Shown here: one piece after another, positions 1 to 11,014 of the stretch
Layout: each line of letters opens with the position of its first letter
Position numbering within the stretch: the stretch's first letter is position 1
Assembly (NCBI GenBank): GCA_004431415.1
Contig: QPMI01000502.1
Span: 202,771-266,770 of the forward strand
Length of the DNA: 64,000 nt
Reading direction: 5' to 3'
Origin: Cyanophora paradoxa CCMP329
Taxonomy: Eukaryota > Plantae > Glaucophyta
Notes under the pieces: generated by a model
Seen by the model: only the letters and a program-made list of their open reading frames with translations
The model's database searches: none
What the model was told of the DNA's origin: nothing
Position numbers and translations under genes: made by a program

Positions 1-780
1 AAAGATGTCCGGGTCCATGCAGGATCGAATTTTTGCCATCGGCTGGCTTCTTGTGTTCTTCCGCGTCTTCGAAGCTTGTGGAAGGCTTTGATAAAATCTC
101 AAATGAATATTGTAGCGATGCGCAGACGGGAGGACGGGAGGGCGCGCGGAAAGTTGTTCAGGTCTGAAGAGGATCGAATTTTCGGGGTCGGCTGGGTCCT
201 CGCGGCCCGGCACATCTGTAAAGCATGCGAAACGCTTGATTTACATCTCAGATGCTTATGCTATTGTTCCGCGCGTGCGCCGCGGCGTGGGCGCGCGGAA
301 AGATGTCCGGGTCTGTGCAGGATCGAATTTTTGCCGTCGGCTGGGTTCTCGTGCTCTTTCGCGTCTTCGAAGCTTGTGGAAGGCTTCGATAAAATCTCAA
401 CTGAATATTGTAGCGATCGCGATGCGCTCGTGTGAGGACGCGAGGGTGCGCGGAAAGCTGTGCAGGTCCGTCGAGGATCGAATTTTCGGGGTCGGCTGGA
501 TCCCCGCGGCCCGGCACATCCGTAAAGCGTGCGGAAGGCTTCTTCTACATCTCAAATGCTTATGCTATTGTTCCGCGCATGCGCCGCGGCGCGGGCGCGC
601 GGAAAGATGCCCGGGCCTGTGCAGGATCGAATTTTTGCCGTCGGGTACCTTCCTGCGCTGTTCGGCCTCCGAAAAGCGGATTTCGGGGGTGCGCAGGCCC
701 TGCTATGTCTATGCGCGCCAGTACGCATTGATTGCGCGTGTCGCGGGACCGGCCGGAACCGGCCGGATCAAATTTTCGGC
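1..780. repeat. Satellite-like tandem repeat: ~300-bp unit made of two related ~150-bp monomers, truncated by the window start and decaying after ~660
   Basis: AAAGATG(T/C)CCGGG unit starts at 1, 299 and 603. Half-unit starts AAAG(T/C)TGT at ~150 and ~454. GGATCGAATTTT recurs about every 150 bp, with a last degenerate GGATCAAATTTT near 765. Confidence 0.85.
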
Positions 781-2025
781 CGACTCTTCGCACTGGGGCG
801 TCGAGGGCGCCCGAAAGCGAGCTTGCGGCGATCCGCTCGCGCTCGCGCGTCACTCTGTATCGTTCTGGGGCGTCCCTGGCGCGCTTTCGTCGCGGGACCG
901 GGCGGGACCGGGTCCCACCTTCTGACTCGGACTGCATTTGTCGGAGGTTAAGTACCGGAATTGATCCAGAGGGAAATTCGATTTTCGGGCGACGCCCACG
1001 GGAGAGCGGTCGTCTTAGGGGAGCCAGGACGCTAGAAATGGATCTAGAGAGGTCTGTGGGGGTTAGGGTAGCTGAGTCATTTGTGTGTGATGGGGGAAGC
1101 GTCACGTCCGTGTCGAGGAAAAATTATTAATTTTTCATGAGGAGGCTGGACAGGAAAATTATTTACAGGGGGGACGAAAAAATTCGGGTTCGAATCCGAT
1201 CGGAATTTGGCTCGTTGTTGACCGGGTTTGAGAAAGAGGCTTCGCCTGATCACGAAATCGCTCGAGTTTCCGACTGGGGCTTTTGACTCGACTCGCCGTA
1301 GTAAGCAATTGTGACGTACCCGGCCTCTTTGATTTAAATTGTCCAATCACCAAATCGACCGAGTTTTAGACTGAAGCTTTTTGACTCGACTCGCTGTAGT
1401 AAACGATTGGTGTTTTCCGCCAGCGAAAGGGTCCTATGGGTACACCAAACCACAGTACTAAGCGGGCTGGATCCGCTTGTTTTTCTTGACAAACACACCA
1501 TTCGGCACGGTTTCCAGTGGCATTTTTTCGCTTCTCCAGGCTCAGACCAGCCGTAGTTCGAAGGTTGCAAATGGCAAATTTGGCAGCAAAAGGTAAGCGT
1601 CGTCCGCAGAGTTGCAATTTCCCAGCCTGGCCTGGTACTGTGGTGAAAAGGTACTATAGTTCATTGTACTACTGTTAGGCTATAGCTAAAACAACTTATT
1701 AGTAAACATGTTACTAGGGGCCCGGGGAATCATGATCATTCCCCAAAGTCCCCTTCCCTCCCCGAAGTTCGAGTGTCCTCAGTGACTCCCCAGTGAGTCC
1801 CCACCTGTGGAGCACAGGCTGTGGTCGCGCGCGTGCACGCGGCGCCACGCGCACGTGGGTGTGGTCCTCCACGGTGCACACTGCACAGCGCTAGCGAACT
1901 TCGGGAGAGCTATGCACAAGTGCACCAAGGCAAGCGCGGCGAGGGGCCCTTCACAACGAGAGAAAGGCAGGGACGAGGAGGGGCCTCCGGGGAGAGGGGG
2001 TGGGAGGGGAGATGGGGTGGGTGGG

Positions 2026-5000
2026 TCACATACCGCGGCCGCTGGCGAGGAAGGGGGCGGCGTGGGCGAGGGCGGGGTCGCCCCAGGGGACGGGGAGCGG
2101 GGCGGTGGGGAGGAGGGCCGACGCCCCGGCCCCCTCCTCGAAGAGCGACCGCCGCACCGACGGCCGCTGCAGCGCCGCGTAGGCCGCGGCGGCGGCGGCG
2201 GCTGCTGCTGCGGCGGCGGCCGCCGAGGGGGAGGCGGAGGGCGGGCGGGGCCGGCGCCGGGGTGGGCCCTGCGGAGGGCGAGGCAGCGGGGACTGTGCGG
2301 GGAGGTGCGGGTGAGGGGCAGGGAGGGGACGGGCCCCGCGGAGTGGGAGGCGGGGGAGGCGTCCGGGGCGGGGAAGGGCGGCCAGGGGCGGCGGGGGCGG
2401 GGAAGAAGGAGGCGAGGGCGGCGCGGAGGGCCTTGAGGCGCGCGAGGGCGGCGCCCATGTCGGCCCGCGCGCCCCGCACTCGGCGGCCACGCCGGCGAGC
2501 TCGGCCTCGGCGTAGGCGTGCGCCTCGTGCGCCCCGCCGCCCTCCTCCGCGACCCGCGCGAGCAGCTCCCGCAGGATGTGCGCCAGGTGCGTCGCCGCCG
2601 GCATGGGCGGGCCCTGGCCCTCCCGCCGCGCCGCCGCCGCGCAGCGGGAGAGGGACCAGGGGGAGACCTTGACGCGGTGGCGCTCGTCGAGGAGGAGGGA
2701 GACGGGGGCGCCCCCCGGGGGGAGCAGCCCGCTGCGCTCCAGCAGGTCCAGGCCCTCCGCGGCGTCGCTCGCCATCAGCACGAGGCGCTGCGCGGCGGCG
2801 GGGCCGCGCTCCGGGCCGGCGCCGGCCTTGCGGAGCTGCTGCTCGTGCTCGAGGAGCGCCAGGAGCTCCCCGCAGGGCATGTACTCCATCACCAGCGCCG
2901 CCTCCCGCTCCACGCAGACCCCGATGAGCTCCACCACGCGCGGGTGCCGCGTCGAGCGCGCCACCCGCAGCGTGTGCGCGAGCGTGCCCAGCAGCGCCGC
3001 GGCGTCGGGGGCGAGGGCGTCGGCGGGGGCGCGCTTGACGGCGACGGGGCGGTCGCGGAGGAGGGCGCGGAAGACGGCGGAGCAGGCGCCCTCGGCGACC
3101 GCCTGCTGCAGCACGAGCTCCGCGGGGGAGACGAACCCGTCCTCCCCGCCCGCCGCCACGCCCCGGGCCCCGCCCCCGCCGCCGCCGCCGCCCCGCCGCG
3201 CCCTCGCCGGCGGGCGCAGCAGGAAGTCCAGCGACTGCTCCGCCACGTCGGCGAGCTCCTCCTCGGCCGCCCCGCTCGCCCCGCCGGCGGTGGCGCGGCC
3301 GGGGGCGGCGGGCCGGGGCGCGGCGGCCCGCGAGGAAGCGGTCGCCGGCCGGCGAGGCGGGCGCCGATGCCGCCTGCCAGGCGGGGCCCGCCCGAGGGCC
3401 CCGGCCCCCGCTGCCGCCGAGAGGGGCCCGCCGGCGTGCCGGGCTCCGAGCGCGGCGCCTGCGAGAGCTTCGGGATCGAGATGCCGAGCGGGCCGCCGAC
3501 GCCGAACTGCAGCTGCTCGGGCCACCGCGGCGCGCCCCAGGGACCCCCGGGGGCACGGCGGCGCCGGCGGGGCGGTGGGCGAGAGGAGCAGGCGACCTGC
3601 GGGCCGGGGGTGGAGGAGGAGGTGGCGAGGCGCGGGGCGGACTGGTGCCCGGGGCGGGGGCGCGAGGCCGGGGCCGGGGCGCCCGTCGGGGGGCAGGCGG
3701 GCGGAGGAGAAGAGCATGCCGGCGGAGGAGGGCGGGACGGCGTCGCGGGGGCCCCCGAGGGGAGGCGGAAGCTGCGCCCGCCGGCGACCGGCTCGGGCTG
3801 GGGCGAGGGGGCCCGGGGGGCCGGGCGCGAGGGCCGCCGCCTCGGGGTCGGCCGGCGAGGGCGAGGCGAGGCCGCCCCCGAGAAGAGCGTCTTCCACCCC
3901 CTGTCGGGCGCTCAGTGGGGCCCGCGGGCGCGCGGCGGCGACGGCGGGGGGCGCACCAGATGTTGGACATCGTGTTGAAGGGGCCGGGGCTACCCGCCAG
4001 CGGCCCCCAAGGCCCAGGCCCAGCGGCCCCGGCGAGGCCGGCCCATCGCCCCCTCGGCGGGGGCCGGCGGGGCGGGGGCGAGGGGCGCGCGGAAGGGGCG
4101 GCCGGCCGAGGGGCGCGGCGGCGGGGCGGCGAGCGGGGAGGCGCCAGGGGACGGGAGGCGCCGGAGGGAGGGAGTTGGAGCGGGGGGCGAGGCTGGGCGG
4201 GAAGGCGGGGCCGACGCGGGGCGACGGGCCCTCGTCCCCCGAGAGCGACCCCGCGCTCCGCGCGCTCTCCGGCAGCCCCGCGCCGCCCGTTGCCGCCGGC
4301 ATCGGCAGCGGCAGCGGCACCAGGCCGGCCCCCGGCGCCCCTGCCGCCGCCCCGGCCGGGCCACGCGGGCCCATCGCAGCGGGCGCCGCGCCGCGGGTGC
4401 GGGCGCCGCGGGTTGTTCCGGGGCGGCGGGCGGGAGGGGCGGGACGGGAAGGAGGCCGTCGGAGGGGCCGCGGGCGTCGGCGGAGAGGGGCGCGGGGCGG
4501 GCGGCACGGCGGCCGGGGCCAGCGCGGGGGCGGGGGAGGGGGGCCCCCCTTGGGCGCCCCCTTCGCTGCGGCCCTGGCGCCGCGGGCGGAGGCGGCGGGG
4601 CCGGGGCGGCGGCGGCGGCGGCGGCGTAGCGGAGGGGCGCGGAGGAGACGGGCGGGGCGGGGAGCGGCAGCTGCGCCTGCGACTGTCCGGTCGGAGAGGC
4701 GAGAGGCGCGGCGGCGGCGGGCGAGGGCGCTGCCGGCGGCCGCTGTCCGCCCGGGGCGGCGGGAGAAGAAGCAGGGGCGGCCTGCACAGGTCCGGCGGGG
4801 CGGCGGGGGCGGAGATGGAGGGCGGGGCAAACGCGCAAGTGGCGGGGAGGGGATGGGAGGGGCAGCGGGAGGATGGCCCCCCGGAAGGGGCCGGGCCCGG
4901 GCGCGCGCCGGCCCCGGGCCCTTCAGAGGGGTCGCGGGGGCCGAGGCGCTCCCCTTGGCGAGGGCCGGCTTGGCGGGAGAGGCCGGCTGCGAGGCGGGCG

Positions 5001-7634
5001 AGGCGAGGGCCGGCGCCCCCGCCTTGCCGCCCTGCGCCGCTGCGCCCGACCCGGCCCGCGCCCGTTGCTCGGCGCGGGCGCGGCGGCGGCTGGGGCCGCC
5101 GGCGGCTTTGGAGGGTTGGTGCTGGCCGCCGCTTTCTTGGGGCAGAAGCGGCGGGGGCGGGGCGGGGGCGGGGGCGGGAGAGGGCGAGGGGACCGGCGGG
5201 GCCGAGAGAGCTACGGGGGCGGGGCGGGGGCGGGGGCGGCGTCGCGCTTGTCGGCCTTGCGGGCCTTGGCGGCGGCGGAGGGGGAGGAGAGGGCGAGGGG
5301 CGGGCGAGGGCGCGTCGGCGAGGTGCTGCGAGGGGGTCGGCGAGGGCGCCCGCGAGCCGTCCGCGATTGGCGCCACGGGGCCCGGCGGCCGCGGCTCCCC
5401 GCCCGCGGGCTCCCGTCCCCGGCCCCGACTCCCAGCGCGGCCCCTCCGGCGGCGGCGGCGGCTCCCCGCGGCCGCCAGGGCCCCGACGGCCGCGGCGGCC
5501 GCAGCGGCGGCGGCGGCGGCGGCGGCTGCGGCCGAGGTCTTCGCGGAGGCCTTGGTGCCAAGGGCGGGCTTCTGGCCCTTGCCGCCCTTCTTCTTCTTGC
5601 CGGCGGCGCGGGGCGAGGCGGCGCGGGGCGAGTCGGCCTCGGCCTCGCCCTCCGAGTCGGGGGCGGCGGAGGGGGCGGAGGGGGCGGCGGCGGCGGCGCC
5701 CTCCTTGTCGCGCTCCTCAGAGACGAGGCGGTCGCCCTCGTACGACGTCCGCCAGCGGGCGCCCCCGCGGCACTCGCGGAACTCCCCGTCCCGCTTCCCC
5801 TCGCGCCACGTCCCCTCCATCCAGTCCCCGCTCGCCTTGGTGAAGCGCCCCTGCCCGTTCCGCTGGTCGTTCGCGTACTCCCCCTCGAAGACCGCCCCCG
5901 CGCTCGCCCCCTTGGGCCCGTACCTGCCCCCGCCCCGTCGGCCCCGGCGGCGGTCTCGGCGGGGGCGGGGCGGGCGGGGGGCGCACTTGTAGCGACCGCG
6001 GCCGCACATCTTGCCGTCGACGAACTCGCCGACGTACTCGGCGCCGTCGGACCACATCTTGCGGCCCTTGCCCACCAGGCGGCCCCGCTGGAACTCCCCC
6101 TCGTACACCGTCCCCGAGGCCCAACAGAGCTTCCCCTTGCCCTGCGCCCGCCTCAGGCGGGGGCCGGCGGGGCGGGCCGGGCGGGGCGGGCGGGCTCGCC
6201 TCGAGGGAGCCGTCGCGCCAGCTGCCCTCCGCCATGTCGCCGTTCTTCCAGGTGTACGTGCCGTACCCGCTGATCACGTCCTTCTCGAAGAAGCCCTCGT
6301 ACCTGCCGCCGCCCCGCCGCGTCGGCGCCGCCCCGCGCCAGCGGGGGCGAGGGCGCCGCGCACCGCTCGCCCTCGAACTTGCCGGCGTAGATGCGGACGC
6401 CCCAGCCGTGCATGTAGCCGGCCTTGAACTCGCCCCGGTAGACGCCGCCGTCCGAGAAGGAGAACTCGCCCTTGCCGTCCATGATCCCGTCCTTCCACAT
6501 CCCGTCGTAGCGCCGCCCGTCCGGCCACGTCTTCGTCCCTGCCGCCCCGCCCCGCTCGCCCGCCGCGCCGCCCGGAGGGCGCCCCCGCCAGCGCGCCGCA
6601 CCCTTCCCGTGCATCTTGTCGTTCTTGAACTGGCCCTCGTACTTGTGTCCCTCCTTCCACACGCGCGTGCCGAAGCCGTCGAACTTGCCGTTCTTGTGCT
6701 CCCCTTCGTAGTAGCCGCCGTCCGCGTAGACGTACTTGCCCCAGCCGTGGCACTTCCCGTTCTTGTACTCGCCTGCCGCCGCTCTCTTCGCACGCGAGGC
6801 GCCGCACAGGGCAAAAGAAAGGCCGGCGGCGCGCACCGTCGTACTTGCGCCCGTCGGGCCATGTCCGGACGCCCTTCCCGTGCATCTGGCCGTCCTGCGC
6901 TCCGAGCGTCTGGCCACCGCACGGGAAGAAAGAAAGGAATGCTCTCTTGCAAACCTTCCAGTCGCCGACGTACACGCTCCCATCGGCCTGCTGCGATCGT
7001 GAGTTGGCGTCGGGCGGAAGCGGGCGCCGCTATCGTCGTGCCGACCTTCCACGTGTACGTGCCGAAGCCATCGGGCTGCCCGTTGCGAAAGGAACCGGAG
7101 TACGTGTCTCCCCCTTCGCGGCGGGTTGGCGATGCCGCTCTGACAGGTGCTGGCGGGCGCGCGGAGCCGACTCGATGCGGACCTTCAAAGACCTCGTCGC
7201 CCTGACCGTGGAACTTGTCGTTCTTGAATTCACCGCTGTAGTACCCACCGCTGGCGAACTTGTATGTCCCTGGTGGCCGGGTTAACTCGGAAACGTCGTC
7301 GAGCAGTGCCCCCGCGCACCGCGACCCTCGAACTTCCCGTTGACGAAGTCTCCGGTGTAGCTGCTGCCTGCACGAGTGCTGCCAAGCCCTCCGATCCATG
7401 TGCCTGCGGTAGATCGTAACTGCGCTGTCCAGGCGTGGCGCCATGGCGAAGGGGGAGGCGGGCGGCTGCCATACGATCAAGCAGCCGATGAATACAATTG
7501 CACAGCTTACCTTTTCCATGCAGCTTGCCGTCGCGGAAGTCGCCGGTCTCGATGCTGCCGTCGGCCAGCGTCCGCGAGCCCCCCGGCGGCGCGGCGGCCG
7601 CCGCCGCTTTCTGGGTGGCGAGCTGCTTGCTCAT
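2026..7634 (-). CDS. Multi-exon protein: N-terminal MORN repeats, low-complexity linker, C-terminal TKL-like (pseudo)kinase domain
   Basis: Starts MSKQLATQK at 7634. Many MORN units (YSGEFKNDKFHGQG, YEGEHKNGKFDGFG, YEGEFQRGRLVGKG, YVGEFVDGKMCGRG) between short introns down to ~5720. Kinase-like stretch at ~3140-2430: FVSPAELVLQQAVAEGACSAVFRA..PVAVKR..RHPRVVELIGVC..LVMEYMPCGEL. Stop at 2026. Linker exon boundaries are approximate and the single-gene model is inferred. Confidence 0.75.
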
Positions 7635-7910
7635 CGGCGACCTGCGGCAGGCGGCATGCGGCGAGACGGATGCCAGCCGATGGCGCAGTACCCCTCCCCT
7701 CTCTTAAAATCCGCACTATCGCGCAGCTGCAGCGCAAGACCGGTGTGTAGTTCGATTATTCGCACGGGCACGGGCAAGAAAGGCACACGGGCTCCGACGC
7801 GCTGCAGCGGGATCAAATTTGACCTCGAGCTCGGATCAAATGTGGAGCTCGAGCCGGCAGGCAGTGCCGCAGCTGCGGCATGCGCAGGCGACACTCAAAT
7901 CTAATCGGAT

Positions 7911-9529
7911 CTAGAAGTACGCTGGCTCCTTCCCGGGGGTCCACTTGATGTTGCAGCTGGGCGACGAGGGCCGGGAGCGTCAGACGTATGCATTGGTTCG
8001 GGGGGCGAGCTGCAAGCGGCGGGGCGGGGCGGACCCGATGGAGGGCCGCTGCTGCTCCTCGGGGATGGAGCGCCCGGCGAGCACGGCGTCCATCGCCTCC
8101 TTCAGGCTCTCCCCCGTCACCGGCGTCTCTGCCCCCGCCCCCTCGTCAGCACGTGCAGCGCCGCCGAGGCGCGCATCCCGGCCCCGGGGCTGGCGCCGGG
8201 GTGCTGCGGCTCACCGGTCGAGGGCCGGGCGCCGTCGAACTGGCCGCGGTACGAGAGCGAGCCCTTCCCGTCGAACTGCCGCCGGGGCTCGCGGGGCGGG
8301 CGGGGGGCGGGTGGGGGCGGGGCGGGGCTGGGGCGGGGCACAAGGTAGAAGTCGGGGGTGCAGGCCGCCATGTACGCCTTAGCGACCTCCTGCGTCTCGT
8401 CGAACTGCCCGCCCCGCCCCCGTCGGCCCCGCCCGGTGCACGGGGGCCGCTGGCGGGTCGGCCGCGGGCCGGGGCGCACGAGATAGGGCCAGGTGAAGCC
8501 GGCGCGCGCCGCCTCCTCCTTCATGGGGCCCGGGCCGTCCTGCCCCGCCGCGCCCCCGGCCCCCTCAGCGGGCCCGGGCGAGCGGGCGGCTACGCTTGGA
8601 GGCGGGCGGGCCTGCGGGTGCGTCTCGAGGGAGTTGGAGTTGATGAAGACGACGGCGATGCCCTTCTTCTGGTACTCCCCGCACACCTGCCCGCCCCCGC
8701 CGCCGCTCGCCCCCGGCCGGGGGTACGGGGTGCGGGGGGGGGGGAGGGCGCCTCGTAGAGCTTGTCGCGGATGTGGACGACGAAGGGGCAGTGGTTGCAG
8801 AGGAAGATCACCTGCCCGCCGCGCTCGCCCGGGGCGCGGCGGGGCGGGGCGGGGCGGGGCGGGAGGGCTGACCAGGAGGCCCTTGGCGTCCTGCCCGGCG
8901 ACCCGCCCCGCCGCCAGCTCCTCCGCGCTGCGCCGCCCGTCGCCCCGCCCCGCGCTCCGAGAGCAGGCGCGGCCGGCCCGGCCCCGCCAACCTGACGGAG
9001 ACCTTGGCGCCGCTTGTCGCGTCCGTGAGCGTGAACGGGATGAGCTTGGTGCCAACCGAGAGCATGGTCGACTCCTGCGGCGGCCTGAGACGCGGCGTCG
9101 CGAGGGCGCCGGCGCGGGGCGCGCTGCGGCGCGCGCGCCTTCCGGACGGCCTTCGTCGGCACGACCTCGAGGCCGAAGCCGGGCCGCTTGGGCGCGCACG
9201 CAGCATCAAACAGCCGCTCGCTTGCATTCTCGGGCACAACGAAGCTCCGAAGCACGCGGGAAGTCGGCAGCTGCGCGCGCGCGCAGTCAGCTCGCGCGCG
9301 AGGCGGGCGGCGAGTCCGGCGAAGACGAACGCACCCGCTTGGAGCTGGCTAGACCGACCCAGTCGTGGAACGCGACCTGAGCGTAGCGCGCTATCAGCCC
9401 CAGAGGGGCGCCCGACGCCGTTTCCGCGCGCGCGAGGCTCACCGCGCGCGGCGCCGTCGAGAAGGACGTCGACGTCGCCGGCTGAGCGACGGCGGTGGCT
9501 GGGGCCGGGAACGCGAACGCGCTCATCAT
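7911..9529 (-). CDS. Thioredoxin-like / AhpC-TSA (redoxin) family protein with N-terminal plastid-targeting-like extension
   Basis: Spliced exons give [110 protein letters not shown] (TAG 7911-7913). Exon 1 is MMSAFAFPAPATAVAQPATSTSFSTAPRA. Confidence 0.9.
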
Positions 9530-10609
9530 GTTGCTGCAGTGTGGCTAAGCCAAGCAAGCCAGGAGAAAGTGCGGCTTGAGCTTGAGCTTGAGCTTCAGAC
9601 TTCACCGAGGCGCGGCGGGCGAAGCCCCTCACGAGCGCCCCGCCTGGGCTAGCGGTGCGCCAGCCGGGCCCCGGGGCGCGCATGCGAGCCCTGCGACCTG
9701 TTCATGATTATAAGCCTGAGCAGAGCTCAGAAGCTAATGCTGGCGGGCGCATGGGAAGCCCCGCGTCAACGAATTTCGAATTCGACGCCGACATGATCGA
9801 TCGAATTCGAACTGTTACGGATCCATCGATACTCCTACGTTATGGCTACTATACTATATAGCTATATATATATACTCGATCTCGACTCGGCGATAAACAT
9901 AAAGAGCTGTGATTGCATGATTATTGGGGAAGGGTAAAACACTTCCCCTGTCCCTGTCCCTCGGGCCCAACCCTACCCCAAATCCCATTTCCCCGACCTC
10001 CGCAAAACCCGGGCCGCGCGGTATATCCTGAAAGCACATCTCAAGGGGACTCCGAAACCATGTCTCCCGGTCCCGTCCGACCAAAGGGTGATCCAGGAAC
10101 AGGCACCAACACCCGGGACAAAAATGGGTCCAGCGACGCACAGGGAGCAGATATACGGGCCAGACCAGCTCGAGGTCGTTGCGCGCATCATGTCCGACAT
10201 TCCGTTCTGCAAGAGCGAGGCCGGGCGCGAGCGCGGTCGCGTGGGAGGACGCCGCGCGCGCTAGCCAATCACATTGGAGAGTCCGTTAACTTACCCTGCG
10301 AAACCTCTTAAGGTACCCCCCGGCCGCTTTCTCCCCCGGGCGCCGCAGCTCGGCTCGTCTCAACAATGGTTACGCCTCTCGCGCGCGCGGCAGTTTGCTG
10401 TGGCTCACGCACGCTTCCCCCCTCCCTCCCTCCCGCGCGCCCATGGCCAGCTGCAGCGCTTCCTCTTCAGCTCGGCGCGCGCGCGCCGGCCGCGGCTTCA
10501 ACTGTCACGCCTCTCGTGCGCCAACGAGGCGATTGAGGCGCTTCACCCGCGCCAACCGCGCACGCCCCGACGCATAGGTTGCCGAAACCTTCTCCTGTGC
10601 AATCTGGTG

Positions 10610-10790
10610 CAATCTGTGTCGACCTGTGTCGACCTGTGTCCACCTGTGCCCACCCATGTAAACCTGTGCCTACCCGTGTCCACCTGTGCCTACCCATGTT
10701 CCCTGTGTTTACCCATGCAAACCGGCGTTTATCCATGTAGACCTGTGTTTAACCGTGCAACCCTGTGTGTTCTGTGCAACCCTGTGTTTT
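10610..10790 (+). repeat. Left subterminal ~10-bp-period minisatellite (ACCTGTGTCG / ACCCATGT variants)
   Basis: ctgtgtcgacctgtgtcgacctgtgtccacctgtgcccacccatgtaaacctgtgcc..., followed by an AT-rich block at 10795-10880. Confidence 0.85.
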
Positions 10791-11014
10791 ACGGATATTA
10801 ATATTCTGCATGAAAAATCAAAATTATTATTATAATTAAAGTTAACTCAAAATTATCTCAACTTCGAGAAATCAAATTAGTCGGGGCCGGCCGTGGCCGG
10901 CCGCGGCCTGGACCAGGCCAGGGCGCCGGCGCCGGCCCCGGTCCGAGGGCACCCTGCATATGGGGATGCGCATGCGCAGGCTTCGAAAGCCCGGGCAGGG
11001 CCGCTGCTCTCCGA

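Noticed and set aside
945-1800. Lower-GC segment with a ~30-bp imperfect repeat (TTTTGACTCGACTCGC at ~1281 and ~1379) as a transposon
   Set aside because: Probably TE-derived, but no convincing termini, TSD or coding remnant were found.
1807-6273. Very long overlapping ORFs (865-1360 aa), and similar Arg/Pro/Gly/Ala-rich ORFs throughout the window
   Set aside because: These result from stop-codon scarcity at ~80% GC and read-through of introns. Only the spliced segments with recognisable motifs are supported.
9840-10320. Possible MITE upstream of the thioredoxin-like gene
   Set aside because: Only a ~7-bp inverted match (AGGGTAA/TTACCCT) and no TSD.
10610-10790. CRISPR-like array (also considered for 1-780, 40600-40785 and 42084-42450)
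   Set aside because: Contiguous degenerate tandem units without unique spacers, no cas genes, and a eukaryotic context.
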